64,000 nucleotides of DNA from NCBI GenBank assembly GCA_052390515.1, contig JBQTGV010000036.1, positions 1 to 64,000 on the forward strand, in the 5' to 3' direction. This DNA comes from Candidatus Eiseniibacteriota bacterium (lineage in GTDB: Bacteria > ARS69). Position 1 is the first letter of the stretch, and the number at the start of each line of letters is the position of its first letter. Of this stretch, positions 47,831-57,972 are shown piece by piece. Under the pieces are notes generated by a model that saw only the letters and a program-made list of their open reading frames with translations, was not told the DNA's origin and searched no databases. Made by a program: the position numbers and the translations under genes.

Positions 47831-49636
47831 TTGCGCCCCTGGCCTCCCGACCTCGAACCGAAGCTCGTCACCGCGTTTCGCGAGGGCTACTCCTCCGCCC
47901 AGTTCTCCCGCGATCTCCTCTCCGGCGTCGTGGTCGGAATCGTCGCGCTGCCGCTGGCCATCGCCTTCGCCATCGCGTCGGGGGTCCGCCCGGAGCAGGG
48001 GCTCTACACCGCCGTCGTCGCCGGGCTTGTCATCTCGGCGCTCGGCGGCAGCCGAGTGCAGATCGGCGGGCCCACCGGCGCGTTCGTCGTCATCGTCGCC
48101 GGCGTGGTGGCGCAGTACGGCTACGACGGGCTGGCCACCGCCACCCTCATGGCCGGCGTCATGCTCGTCGTGATGGGGATCGCCCGGCTCGGCGACGTGA
48201 TCCGCTTCATTCCCTATCCGGTCACGGTCGGGTTCACGACGGGCATCGCCCTGATCATCGCCACGAGCCAGATCCGCGATGCTCTCGGCCTGCCGATGGA
48301 GCAGGTGCCCCACGAGTTCTTCGAGAAGTGGATCGCGTACGCGGCGCAGATCCGGTTCGTGGATCCGGCCGCCCTCGTCCTCTGCGCGGCCTCGGTCGTG
48401 GTGATCTGGCTGTGGCCCCGCGTGACGACGCGCGTGCCGGGAACGCTCATCGCGCTGCTGGCCGCCACCGTGGCAGCGCAGCTCTTCTCCCTCGACGTGG
48501 AGACGATCGGCAGCCGCTTCGGCGAGGTGCCGAGCTCCCTACCCAAGCCGCGGCTCCCGAACATCGAGTGGAGCCTGCTGGCCGAGCTGAGCTCGCCGGC
48601 GATCGCGATCGCCCTGCTGGCCGGGATCGAATCGCTGCTCTCCGCGCTGGTGGCCGACGGCATGATCGGCGGGCGGCACCGCTCCAACGCGGAGCTGATC
48701 GGTCAGGGCTTCGCCAACATCGTGTCCCCGCTCTTCGCCGGGATCCCGGCCACCGGGGCGATCGCGCGCACGGCCACCAACGTGCGCAACGGAGGGCGAA
48801 CGCCGGTCGCGGGCATCGTGCACGCGCTGACGCTGCTGGTGGTGCTGATGGTGGCGGGCCGGTGGGCGGCGCTCATCCCCATGCCGGCGCTGGCGGCCAT
48901 CCTGTTCGTGGTGGCCTACACGATGAGCGAGTGGCGCGCGTTCGCCCGCCTCCTGCGCGGTCCGCGCAGCGACGTGCTGGTGCTGTTCTGCACGTTCCTC
49001 CTGACCGTGGTCGTGGATCTGACCGTGGCGATCCAGGTCGGCGTCGTCCTCGCCTCCCTGCTTTTCATGCGGCGGATGGCGGAGGTCACGCAGGTGAAGT
49101 CCGCCTCCAGCATCCTGGGCTACGGCGAAGGCGAGGAGATGGGCGGCTCCATGCCCGAGCTTCCCGCCGGCGTCGAGGTGTTCGAGATCCACGGGACGTT
49201 CTGCTTCGGCGCGGCGCGGAAGTTCAGCGAGCTGGTCTCCAGCCGGCAGACGAAGCCGGCGGTCGTGATCCTGCGCATGCGCAACGTGCTGGCCATGGAC
49301 GCGACCGGCCTGCACGCGCTGGAAACGGTGGCGTCCCGCTTCCGGCAGCAGGGCACCGTGCTGCTGCTCTCCGGCGTGCACGCGCAGCCGCTGGTCGTCA
49401 TGACGAGGAGCGGCGCGCTGGACCGGATCGGCGTGCAGAACCTGTTCGGGACGCTGCGCGAAGCGGTGGGCAAGGCGCGGGAGCTGGTCGGCCCGAAGGA
49501 CGAGATCGAGGAAGCGGAGCCGGCGGAAACAGCGGGCGCCGCCGGCGGCGCGGCGGCCCCGTCGGACACCGCGGCCCCGTCGGACACCGCGGCCCCGTCC
49601 GACACCTCGGCCCCATCCGACACCGCGGCGAAGTGA
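47831..49636 (+). CDS. sulP: SulP family anion permease with STAS domain
   Basis: IVALPLAIAFAIASG, QIGGPTGAF, TGAIARTATN; STAS ILRMRNV…DATG. Confidence 0.95.
   Translation: MRPWPPDLEPKLVTAFREGYSSAQFSRDLLSGVVVGIVALPLAIAFAIASGVRPEQGLYTAVVAGLVISALGGSRVQIGGPTGAFVVIVAGVVAQYGYDGLATATLMAGVMLVVMGIARLGDVIRFIPYPVTVGFTTGIALIIATSQIRDALGLPMEQVPHEFFEKWIAYAAQIRFVDPAALVLCAASVVVIWLWPRVTTRVPGTLIALLAATVAAQLFSLDVETIGSRFGEVPSSLPKPRLPNIEWSLLAELSSPAIAIALLAGIESLLSALVADGMIGGRHRSNAELIGQGFANIVSPLFAGIPATGAIARTATNVRNGGRTPVAGIVHALTLLVVLMVAGRWAALIPMPALAAILFVVAYTMSEWRAFARLLRGPRSDVLVLFCTFLLTVVVDLTVAIQVGVVLASLLFMRRMAEVTQVKSASSILGYGEGEEMGGSMPELPAGVEVFEIHGTFCFGAARKFSELVSSRQTKPAVVILRMRNVLAMDATGLHALETVASRFRQQGTVLLLSGVHAQPLVVMTRSGALDRIGVQNLFGTLREAVGKARELVGPKDEIEEAEPAETAGAAGGAAAPSDTAAPSDTAAPSDTSAPSDTAAK
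49553..49629 (+). repeat. 18-bp tandem repeat, about 4.3 copies, in the sulP 3' end
   Basis: GCGGCCCCGTCGGACACC units encoding AAPSDT. Confidence 0.95.
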
Positions 49637-49920
49637 TGTCGGAGAAGCTCGAGACGCTCTTCGAGGGACGCGACCTGCGCATCGAGCGCATCGTCTCGCG
49701 GGGGCATGCGTCGCCACCGGGGTTCTGGTACGACTCGGACGAGGGCGAGTGGGTGATGCTGCTGTCCGGCGCGGCGGAGGTGCGCTTCGAGGAGGAGGGG
49801 CGGCGCGTGAAGCTCGCCCCGGGCGATCATCTGCACATCCGGCCGCACGAGCGACATCGCGTGGAGTGGACGCAGCCGGACGCGGACACCGTGTGGCTCG
49901 CGGTGCATCACCGCGAATGA
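49636..49920 (+). CDS. Cupin domain protein
   Basis: RIERIVSRGHASPPGFWYD…EWV…HRVEWT. Confidence 0.9.
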   Translation: MSEKLETLFEGRDLRIERIVSRGHASPPGFWYDSDEGEWVMLLSGAAEVRFEEEGRRVKLAPGDHLHIRPHERHRVEWTQPDADTVWLAVHHRE

Positions 49921-50771
49921 ACGGCGCGCGGTTCGTCTCCATCCCCGGCGGCCGGCGGCTGGCGTACGCCGAGTACGGAGATCCGGGCGGCTTCCCGGTC
50001 GTCGCGGCGCACGGGAATCCGGGATCGCGGCTGGCGTGGGCGCCGCTCGGACGGTCCGACCTGCGCGGATTCCGGCTCATCGCGCCGGATCGGCCGGGGT
50101 TCGGAGGGTCGGAAGGCGGCACTCCGCGGAGCCACGGCGATTGGGCCGGCAGCGTCGCGGCGCTGGCGGATGCGCTGGGCCTCGGCCGCTTCGCGCTGGT
50201 CGGAGTCTCGGGCGGAGGTCCCTGGGCGCTGGCCGCCGCGGCAAAGCTCGCCGCGAGGGTTGAAGCGCTCGGGCTGATCGCCACCGGGCCGTCGCCGGAG
50301 CGCACCGCCGGCCCCTTCCTGCTCGCGGCCCGTCACGTGCCGGCGCTGATCCGGGTGCGCGCGGAGGTGCTCGCACGGCTCGCCGCCCGGGACCCGCACG
50401 CCCTCGTCCGGCGGACCTTCGCCGGGTATCCCGAGGTGGATCGGGCGCTTCTCCGCCGCCCGGAGGTCGCGGCGCATCTCGCCGCCGACTTCGCCGAAGC
50501 GTATCGTCAGGGCGGCGCAGCGTCGGCGCGCGAGATGACCCTCTTCGCGAGAAGGTGGAGCACGGCGCCGGCGGAGGCGACGATGCCGGTCATCCTCTGG
50601 CACGGCCTGGCGGACACGGTGATTCCGCTGCGGGCCGCGGAGGCGCTGGCGGCCCGGCTCCCGCGCGCGAAGCTCGTGAAGGTGCGGGGCGCCGGACATC
50701 TCTGGTGGCTCGAGCATCTCGGAGAGGCGCTTGCCGCGCTCCGGGACGCGGCGCGGGAATCGGACGCATGA
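49917..50771 (+). CDS. Alpha/beta hydrolase
   Basis: [28 protein letters not shown]. Confidence 0.9.
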   Translation: MNGARFVSIPGGRRLAYAEYGDPGGFPVVAAHGNPGSRLAWAPLGRSDLRGFRLIAPDRPGFGGSEGGTPRSHGDWAGSVAALADALGLGRFALVGVSGGGPWALAAAAKLAARVEALGLIATGPSPERTAGPFLLAARHVPALIRVRAEVLARLAARDPHALVRRTFAGYPEVDRALLRRPEVAAHLAADFAEAYRQGGAASAREMTLFARRWSTAPAEATMPVILWHGLADTVIPLRAAEALAARLPRAKLVKVRGAGHLWWLEHLGEALAALRDAARESDA

Positions 50772-51835
50772 GTCGGATCGAGATCAGCGAAGGCGACATC
50801 ACCGGACTCCGCGTCGATGCCGTCGTCAACGCGGCGAACGAGGCGATGCTCGGCGGCGGCGGCGTGGACGGCGCCATCCATCGTGCGGCGGGACCCGCGC
50901 TGCTCGAGGAGTGCCGGCAGCTCCCCGAGGTTCGTCCCGGGGTGCGCTGCCCGACGGGCGAAGCGCGCATCACCGGCGCTCACGCGCTGGCCGCGAGGTT
51001 CGTGATCCACGCCGTGGGTCCGGTGTGGCGCGGCGGCGGTGAGGGCGAGCCGGATCTGCTCGCCTCGTGCTACCGGGAAGCGCTGCGCTTGGCGGCCGAG
51101 CACTCGCTGCGCAGCATCGCCTTTCCGGCGATCAGCTGCGGCGTGTACGGCTACCCCCTCGGGCACGCCGCGGAGGTGGCGGTTCGCACCGTTCGCGCGT
51201 TCCTCGCCGAGGACGACACGATCGAGCGCGTGGTGCTCACCGCGTTCACGCCCGAGGTGCGCGCCGCGATCGAGGCGGCGATGGCGACCTCGGCCGTGCT
51301 TCGCCCTCCGCGGCAGATGGAGACACCACGATTGCGCCTGCGTCCCCCGGCGGCCGGCGACGCGCGCTTCGTCTTCGACGACTACGCTCAGGACGCGGAG
51401 GTCACGCGCTACCTGACCTGGGCACCGCACACCGACATCGAGCAGACGCGCTCGTTCCTGGAGGCCTGCGAGCGCTGCTGGGCGGACGGGACCGCGTTCC
51501 CGTGGGTGATCCAAAGGAAGGACGACGCACGCCTCCTCGGCATGATCGAGCTGCGCCTCTCCGGCCCGCGCGCCGAGGTGGGCTACGTGCTGGCGCGCGC
51601 GCACTGGGGGCGCGGGTACATGGTCGAGGCCGTTCGCCGGGTCGGGGACTGGTCCCTGGCCCAGCCCTGCATCCACCGCTTCGGGGCGCTCTGCGACGTG
51701 GAGAACCGCGCGTCGCGGCGCGTGCTGGAGAAGGCGGGGCTGACGCTCGAGGGAACGCTGCGGCGCTGGGGGTACCATCCGGGCGCGGGTCGCGGTCCGC
51801 GGGACGTCCTGAGCTTCTCGATCGTGCGGGAGTGA
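50768..51835 (+). CDS. Macro domain (YmdB-like) fused to a RimJ/RimL GNAT
   Basis: [31 protein letters not shown]; then ETPRLRLR…EVGYVL…WGRGYM…[10 protein letters not shown] with no stop between. Confidence 0.9.
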   Translation: MSRIEISEGDITGLRVDAVVNAANEAMLGGGGVDGAIHRAAGPALLEECRQLPEVRPGVRCPTGEARITGAHALAARFVIHAVGPVWRGGGEGEPDLLASCYREALRLAAEHSLRSIAFPAISCGVYGYPLGHAAEVAVRTVRAFLAEDDTIERVVLTAFTPEVRAAIEAAMATSAVLRPPRQMETPRLRLRPPAAGDARFVFDDYAQDAEVTRYLTWAPHTDIEQTRSFLEACERCWADGTAFPWVIQRKDDARLLGMIELRLSGPRAEVGYVLARAHWGRGYMVEAVRRVGDWSLAQPCIHRFGALCDVENRASRRVLEKAGLTLEGTLRRWGYHPGAGRGPRDVLSFSIVRE

Positions 51836-51937
51836 GCCGGCGGGCCGGGCGGCAGCGTCCTGCGCGCGAAACGGTTCGCCGGCCGCCGCGGGTTCGTGGA
51901 TAATGACCGGCCGTCTCCCGGACGGCGGGCGAAGGAG

Positions 51938-52102
51938 GTGACGACGTTGCAGGGCAAGCTGCTCGCCTGGGCCATCGCCCTCACGATCCTCGACCTGATC
52001 ACGCCGTTCGTTCCCATCCTCGGCGTGCTGCTGATCTGGGTCGTGGCGGCGCGGCCGCGCTGGTTCGCCGGGTTCGTCCGCGATCTCTACGGCGGCGCCT
52101 GA
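51938..52102 (+). CDS. Small 2-TM protein
   Basis: AAGGAGG RBS; hydrophobic hairpin. Confidence 0.6.
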   Translation: MTTLQGKLLAWAIALTILDLITPFVPILGVLLIWVVAARPRWFAGFVRDLYGGA

Positions 52103-52110
52103 CTCCGCGC

Positions 52111-52857
52111 ATGCACCGCATCCACTGCTCGTACCACAAGTGCCTGACGATCTACTACAGCCGCGTCATGAGCAGGCTGTACAACCAGTTCCTTCCGTGG
52201 AGCAGCGGGTACAAGCACTTCAACAGCCACCTGGACCAGTTCACCGAGAATCTCGGCCGGTGGCGAGTCCTCTCGGTCAACAACCACGCGCTCGACCTGG
52301 ATCGGCTCGGGAGCTTCCGCATCACGCACTTCGTGCGTGACCCGCGGGATCTCGTCGTCTCCGGCTATCACTACCACAAGCGCGGGGCCGAGCCCTGGTG
52401 CGACGCGGTGAATCCGACGCGTGAGCGTTGGAAGGTCGTGAACGGGAACCGGCCGGCGGCCATGGGCGACGAGCACTCCTACACGACTTATCTACAGAGC
52501 CTGTCTGAGGAGGAGGGGCTGATCGCGGAGATCGAGTTCCGCAAGCATCACTTCGAGTCGATGGCCCGGTGGCCGATCGAGCATTCCGGCGTTCTCACCT
52601 TGCGGTACGAGGACACGCTCGGCCGGGAAGTGGAGACGTTCTCGCGGATCTTCGATTTCTACGAGGTGCCGTTTCACGAGCGCACCATCGGGCGCTTCCT
52701 CGCGTGGCGGTTCTCGGCGAAACGCCAGAGCCGGAAGACCGAGCACATCCGGAATCCCGAGCCGGCGCAGTGGAAGAAGAAGTTCACGCCGGAGGTGACG
52801 CGCGTCTTCCGGGAGCGGCACGGCGAGCTGATCGAACGTTACGGGTACGAGTGGTGA
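52111..52857 (+). CDS. Sulfotransferase-fold protein
   Basis: YHKCLT (PSB-like), RDPRDLVVS, LRYED, W…F…GY tail. Confidence 0.7.
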   Translation: MHRIHCSYHKCLTIYYSRVMSRLYNQFLPWSSGYKHFNSHLDQFTENLGRWRVLSVNNHALDLDRLGSFRITHFVRDPRDLVVSGYHYHKRGAEPWCDAVNPTRERWKVVNGNRPAAMGDEHSYTTYLQSLSEEEGLIAEIEFRKHHFESMARWPIEHSGVLTLRYEDTLGREVETFSRIFDFYEVPFHERTIGRFLAWRFSAKRQSRKTEHIRNPEPAQWKKKFTPEVTRVFRERHGELIERYGYEW

Positions 52858-52888
52858 GGTGAGGGGCGGGCGCGCGGGCCGGCGGCCG

Positions 52889-53305
52889 ATGTGGGAGTGC
52901 GCGCGGTGTGGGCGCCGCTTCGCGAAGCGGAATCAATGGCACTCCTGCGCGCGCTGGACGGCCCGCGCGCACCGGGAGGGGAGAAGCGCGGTGGTGGCGC
53001 GGGTCTACCGCGGGTTCACCGCGGCGGTGCGGAGCTGCGGTCCGGTGAAGCGGCACCCGGCGAAGGCGCGGATCGGCTACATCGCGCGGATGACATTCGC
53101 CGCCGCGTACGTCAAGGAGCGCTGGGTCGACGTGCACCTGATCCTCGCGCGGCGGATGGAGGACAAGCGCGTCCGCCGCATCGAGTCGATCGGCGGGCGA
53201 CACGTGCATCACTTTCGGCTGCTCGCCCCCGGCGACGTGGACGCAGAGCTGCGGCGATGGATCCGGCAGGCGTACCGCGTGGTGGCGGCAGAAGGTGTCG
53301 GTTGA
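52889..53305 (+). CDS. DUF5655-like protein with N-terminal Zn ribbon
   Basis: WECARCGRRF…HSC; DVDAELRRWIRQAY. Confidence 0.75.
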   Translation: MWECARCGRRFAKRNQWHSCARWTARAHREGRSAVVARVYRGFTAAVRSCGPVKRHPAKARIGYIARMTFAAAYVKERWVDVHLILARRMEDKRVRRIESIGGRHVHHFRLLAPGDVDAELRRWIRQAYRVVAAEGVG

Positions 53306-53311
53306 CTTCGC

Positions 53312-53345
53312 CACGCGAGTGTAGGGAGATGTCCGCACTCGCGTG
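53312..53345. other. Perfect 10-bp inverted repeat (hairpin, possible terminator)
   Basis: CACGCGAGTG-N14-CACTCGCGTG followed by CTTTG. Confidence 0.6.
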
Positions 53346-53369
53346 CTTTGCAGGGAGCCTAACCAGACC

Positions 53370-54674
53370 ATGAAGGAGATCCTACGCTCAGCTCAAAGGA
53401 CGCATTTGGCGATCAACATTTTGACGTTCGCGATTCTCTACAACACCGTCCGCGAGCTCTCGGTGCCGCTTGATGTCGACGCGATCGAAAGCGAGCTGGA
53501 CGTTCTTCACGAGCGAGTCGAGATTGCGGTTGGCTTGAACTCCATCCTTCCTGTGCTTTCGCCGACGTGGGTGGACAGTGCCGGAGCGTCCATCGAAGAC
53601 TTCATTGGAAGTAGCATGCCCGATACGGTCTTTGTTAGGGCCGTCCGTCATGCGCCGCCGTACGATGTAGACGTGGCGCGGGATTCGATCGCGGTGCTCT
53701 TAGCTGGAGATCAGCTCTTTGATGACGTTTACGTGCAGTACTTGAGCGCACCTGATAGTAGACCGAGCGAGTTTGTACGGATCTTCGCTTCCATCGAACA
53801 GGCTGAGCTCTCCGGGGAGATGACTGCGTGGAGAGTTGCACCAGAGATCGAAGCGCTGAGAAGCCGTCTCCAGGCATGGGCGCAGCTCGACAGCACGGGT
53901 CGATCGGTGCTTGCGCACGCTCAATCGCTTAGAGCGGTCTCAGATTCGCTGGGGCTTCAAGTGTCTGACGATATGCTGAGTGCGCAAGTGTCCGTTGAGA
54001 TGTCGCACTGGCGCGTCGAGCGTCTGGACCCTCTCCGGTGGGCAGATGACAGTCAGCATGTCGTCGTGCAGGTACGCTTTGAACCGGCGTCGGAAGCCGC
54101 CGCCGAACCGCGGGCGTTGATCTCACCACTGGTCCTAGATCTGCCAGTGCGATCGGTCTATGAGCCCATTCCGATACCGCCCCTTCGTGAGCAGTACCCC
54201 GCCCTTAGCACTTCGTGGCAGGACGTGAGGTCCAAGACGATCAGTGGCGCCAGAGCCTGGATTGAGGAGGAGAGAGAGCGACAGCTTGGAGGCGGGGTCG
54301 AGATCCCCGGTATGAAACCGCTCTCCATCCGTCCGACTCACTTGAACTGGATTCTTCCGAGTGTTCAGATGGCGCTTCTGACACACTTGATCGCTCTGGT
54401 TCTCGAGCTCAGACGGCGCGCTCCGGTTCTCGGGGAGTGTCCTCTTGATTCCGAGACGAGCTGGATAGCCGCGTTTCCTGGGCGCCTGTCACGTTGGAAG
54501 ACACGATTTGAGCTATGCGCACTTCCCGTAGGGGCAAACCTGCTTGGCGCGCTGAAGTGGCAAGGATCAAAGACCACTGCAGGTCTTCTGGTGGCGTTCT
54601 TGGTGCTGTCTCTCACTCTCGGCCTCATTACCTGCCATCTGCTGCGGATCGTTCGCCAGCGGCATGATGTGTGA
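53370..54674 (+). CDS. Orphan membrane protein with atypical composition
   Basis: Long ORF, visibly richer in A/T-ending codons than its neighbours; one N-terminal and 2-3 C-terminal hydrophobic helices. Confidence 0.65.
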   Translation: MKEILRSAQRTHLAINILTFAILYNTVRELSVPLDVDAIESELDVLHERVEIAVGLNSILPVLSPTWVDSAGASIEDFIGSSMPDTVFVRAVRHAPPYDVDVARDSIAVLLAGDQLFDDVYVQYLSAPDSRPSEFVRIFASIEQAELSGEMTAWRVAPEIEALRSRLQAWAQLDSTGRSVLAHAQSLRAVSDSLGLQVSDDMLSAQVSVEMSHWRVERLDPLRWADDSQHVVVQVRFEPASEAAAEPRALISPLVLDLPVRSVYEPIPIPPLREQYPALSTSWQDVRSKTISGARAWIEEERERQLGGGVEIPGMKPLSIRPTHLNWILPSVQMALLTHLIALVLELRRRAPVLGECPLDSETSWIAAFPGRLSRWKTRFELCALPVGANLLGALKWQGSKTTAGLLVAFLVLSLTLGLITCHLLRIVRQRHDV

Positions 54675-54742
54675 CTCGGGACGTGGGAGTCGACGATCCC
54701 TCAGCGTGACGTAAGGCAATTGAGTCGGGGTTCGAGGAAGTC

Positions 54743-56188
54743 TCAGCCGAGCGGGGCGTTAAGCCACGCCCGCCAGCGCTCCGCCTTCGCCGCGAGGTAG
54801 CTGCCGCGGCGGCCTCGCGGCATGGCTCGCGCGACCGACGGCGCGCCGACCGCCGTCCCTGCCGCGAGCTTCGCCGCGCCGAGCAGCGTCCCCTCCTGCT
54901 CCTCGGACACGACGATCTGCGCGTCGTGCATCGCAGCCATGCCCTGCGCCAGAAACGGCTCCGCCGAGAGCCCACCCGCCAGGACGATCCGCCGCGGCGG
55001 CGCGTCCGGGAAGAGATCCGCGAGGATGCCTCTCACGCGGAACAGCAGCCCCTCGAGCACGATCCGCCGCCGGTCGGCGTCGGACAGCCCCGCCGCGCCC
55101 TCCGAGAACGGCAGCGAGATCTCCTCGCGCCAGAACGGAGCGCCGAGTCCCGCCGTGTCCGGGATGCAGAACGCGCCCGGCGTGGGGTCCTCGACGGGCA
55201 GATCCGTCGGACCCTCGCCGAAGCGGTCCACGCCGGACGCGCCGCCGTTGATCGAACCTTCCAGCGCGAACAGCGTCGCCGCGCCGGCGCGCGCCCGCAC
55301 CGGACCGAGGAGGTAGCCCGTCGGACGGAACGCGCGGTCATACGTCGGGCGAAGCACGAACGTCCCGGTGCCGAAGTTCACGAGCGCGGTCGCGCGGTCG
55401 TCGGCCCGGCCGTCGTCGGCTCGGTCGCCCTCGCCGCCGTCTTCGCCCTCAATGCACCCGAGTACTCCGGCGGCCTGGTCCGAGATCGTCGCGGCGAGGA
55501 TGCCGCGGCCGGGCAGCGGGAGCAGCTCTCCTTCGCTCGGCGCGACCCGCGCCAGCGCCCCGCGCGGAACGGCGAAGACCCGCAGCAGCTCCTCCGACCA
55601 GGTCTCCTCCTCCAGATCGAAGAGCAGCGTGCGCGCCGCCATCGTCGGATCCGTGCGCAGCACACCGCCTTCGCTCCAGCAGCGGACGAGCCAAGTCTCC
55701 AGCGTTCCGGCGACGAGATCGCCGCCTGCCAAGCCTCGCCGGAGTGCAGCGTCGCCCTCCATCAGCATGGCGAGCTTCGGCCCGAGGTAGTGCGGCGACA
55801 GCACGAGCCCGGTGCGACGCGTGACGTCGGCCTCGACGTGGCGATGCGCGCGACACCACTCCGCCGCGCGGCGGTCCTGCCACGAGATCATCGGAGTGCG
55901 CGGCTCGCCCGTGGTCCGGTCCCAGAGCAGGAACGTGGAGCGCTGCGAGGCGATCCCGACGCGAACGTCGTCGGCCGCACGACCCGCGCCCGCCCCGCCG
56001 AGCGCCGCCTCCAGCGCCCGCTCGGCCGCCGCCCGGTAGGCGCGGGCGTCCCCCTCGCGGGTCGGCCCGGAACCGGAGAGCGGCGGCGCGGGTTCGGAGA
56101 CCGGCGCGGAGAGCCTTCCCGACGCTTCCAGGCGGGCGGCCTTCACGCGCGTGCTTCCGAGATCGAGGGCCACGGCGAGAGGCTTCAT
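54743..56188 (-). CDS. FGGY family carbohydrate kinase (glycerol-kinase-like)
   Basis: ALDLGSTRVK, GIASQRST, SWQDRR, DQAAG, FGTG, GLGAPFW. Confidence 0.9.
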   Translation of the reverse strand: MKPLAVALDLGSTRVKAARLEASGRLSAPVSEPAPPLSGSGPTREGDARAYRAAAERALEAALGGAGAGRAADDVRVGIASQRSTFLLWDRTTGEPRTPMISWQDRRAAEWCRAHRHVEADVTRRTGLVLSPHYLGPKLAMLMEGDAALRRGLAGGDLVAGTLETWLVRCWSEGGVLRTDPTMAARTLLFDLEEETWSEELLRVFAVPRGALARVAPSEGELLPLPGRGILAATISDQAAGVLGCIEGEDGGEGDRADDGRADDRATALVNFGTGTFVLRPTYDRAFRPTGYLLGPVRARAGAATLFALEGSINGGASGVDRFGEGPTDLPVEDPTPGAFCIPDTAGLGAPFWREEISLPFSEGAAGLSDADRRRIVLEGLLFRVRGILADLFPDAPPRRIVLAGGLSAEPFLAQGMAAMHDAQIVVSEEQEGTLLGAAKLAAGTAVGAPSVARAMPRGRRGSYLAAKAERWRAWLNAPLG

Positions 56189-56238
56189 CGGCGCCCGGCA
56201 GCATAGGGCAGGCCGCCGCGCCGTGCTAGGATCCGACC

Positions 56239-56436
56239 ATGTGCCGGAACATCAAGAAGCTGCGCCGCCCGGAAGGGCCGCCGACCGACGAGGAGCTGCA
56301 CGACGCCGCACTGCAGTTCGTGCGCAAGGTGAGCGGCTTCCGCAAGCCGAGCCGGACCAACACGGATGCGTTCGACCACGCCGTGGAGGAGATCGCCTCG
56401 GCGGGACGGAAGCTGTTCGACCGGTTGGAGACGTGA
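56239..56436 (+). CDS. DUF2277 family protein
   Basis: MCRNIKKL…AALQFVRKVSGF. Confidence 0.85.
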   Translation: MCRNIKKLRRPEGPPTDEELHDAALQFVRKVSGFRKPSRTNTDAFDHAVEEIASAGRKLFDRLET

Positions 56437-56843
56437 AGCGTCGCGCCGGGTCTTCGCCGCCGGCCGGAGACGTGAGACGCCCGCCCGGCTCGTCCCCGCG
56501 CCCTTCGCCGCTGCACACGAAGATCTGGATCGTCGTGGGCAGAATCCCGAGGGGCCGCGTGGCGACGTACGGGCAGGTGGCGCAGCTCGCCGGGCTCTCC
56601 AGGCAGCCGCGGCTCGTCGGCTACGCGCTGAACGCCCTTCCCGACTCCAGCCGCCTGCCGTGGCACCGCGTGATCAACGCGAAGGGAGAGATCAGCCTCA
56701 GGTCCGAAGGCGGCTCGGACCGGCGGCAGAGGGTCCTGCTCGAAGGCGAGGGCGTGAAGTTCGACGCGCGCGGGAGGGTCTCGCTCGCCAGATACCGATG
56801 GCAGCCGAAGCGGGTTCCGCCCTTCGACCGCGCTGTTCTTTAG
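56433..56843 (+). CDS. Alkyltransferase-like (ATL/YbaZ, MGMT family) protein
   Basis: IPRGRVATYGQVA…PWHRVIN (Trp replaces the catalytic Cys). Confidence 0.9.
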   Translation: MKRRAGSSPPAGDVRRPPGSSPRPSPLHTKIWIVVGRIPRGRVATYGQVAQLAGLSRQPRLVGYALNALPDSSRLPWHRVINAKGEISLRSEGGSDRRQRVLLEGEGVKFDARGRVSLARYRWQPKRVPPFDRAVL

Positions 56844-56858
56844 ACGACGGGAGACTCG

Positions 56859-57914
56859 ATGACCACCACGACCAGCCCTGGCGACGTTCGCCTCACGCAA
56901 TACAGCCACGGCGCCGGCTGCGGCTGCAAGATAGCGCCGGCGGTGCTGGACCGCATCCTGGCCGGAGGCGTGGTGGGGCCGCCGGATCCGCGCCTCCTCG
57001 TCGGTCACGAAGAGCGGGACGACGCCGCCGTCTACGACCTGGGCGACGGCACGGCCGTCGTCAGCACGACCGACTTCTTCATGCCCATCGTGGACGACGC
57101 GCGGGACTTCGGGCGCATCGCGTCGGTGAACGCCATCAGCGACATCTACGCGATGGGCGGGACTCCGATGGTCGCCATCTCCGTGCTGGGCTGGCCGATC
57201 GACAAGCTCTCGCCGGAAGTGGCGCAGCAGGTTGTGGACGGCGCGCGCGAGGCGTGCGCGGAGGCAGGAATCCCGCTGGCCGGCGGGCACAGCATCGACA
57301 GCCCCGAGCCGATCTTCGGGCTGGCGGTGACCGGCCGCGTCGCCGTGGCGAACGTGAAGAAGAACGGCGGCGCGCGCACCGGCGACAGCCTCTTCCTGAC
57401 CAAGCCGCTCGGTGTCGGCGTTCTCACGACCGCGCAGAAGCAGGGCAAGCTGCGCCCGGAGCACTCCCGCACGGCGCGCGACTCGATGGTGGTGCTCAAC
57501 CGCATCGGCATCGATCTCGGGACGAAACCGTGGGTCATGGCGATGACCGACGTCACCGGCTTCGGGCTGCTGGGCCATCTCGTCGAGATGTGCGAGGCGT
57601 CGGAACGGACCGCGCGGATCGAGTTCGCGCGGGTGCCGCGGATCGAGGCCACCGCCGTCGACGAGTACATCGCCGCGGGCTGCGTTCCGGGCGGCACGAA
57701 GCGCAACTTCGCCAGCTACGGGCACAAGATCGCCCCGTTGACGGATCTTCAGAGGAGCGTGCTCTGCGATCCGCAGACGAGCGGCGGGCTGCTCGTCGCC
57801 GTCGATCCGAAGCACGAGGAGGACTTCCGGAGCCTGGCGCGGGGGTACCGTCTGGACCTTTCGCCCTTCGGGACGTTCGTGGAGCGGGGGAGGCACTGCG
57901 TGGAGGTCGTCTAG
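56859..57914 (+). CDS. selD: Selenide, water dikinase (Cys-type)
   Basis: [54 protein letters not shown]. Confidence 0.97.
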   Translation: MTTTTSPGDVRLTQYSHGAGCGCKIAPAVLDRILAGGVVGPPDPRLLVGHEERDDAAVYDLGDGTAVVSTTDFFMPIVDDARDFGRIASVNAISDIYAMGGTPMVAISVLGWPIDKLSPEVAQQVVDGAREACAEAGIPLAGGHSIDSPEPIFGLAVTGRVAVANVKKNGGARTGDSLFLTKPLGVGVLTTAQKQGKLRPEHSRTARDSMVVLNRIGIDLGTKPWVMAMTDVTGFGLLGHLVEMCEASERTARIEFARVPRIEATAVDEYIAAGCVPGGTKRNFASYGHKIAPLTDLQRSVLCDPQTSGGLLVAVDPKHEEDFRSLARGYRLDLSPFGTFVERGRHCVEVV

Positions 57915-57972
57915 GACTCGTCCAGGACCCGGGGCTTGAAGGACCAGACGCATGTCTGGTATATCTCGGGCC

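Noticed and set aside
49553-49629. Possible CRISPR array
   Set aside because: Units are contiguous with no spacers, lie in a coding frame, and no cas genes are present.
56859-56930. Selenocysteine in SelD
   Set aside because: The active site is encoded as TGC-GGC-TGC (CGC), with no in-frame TGA.
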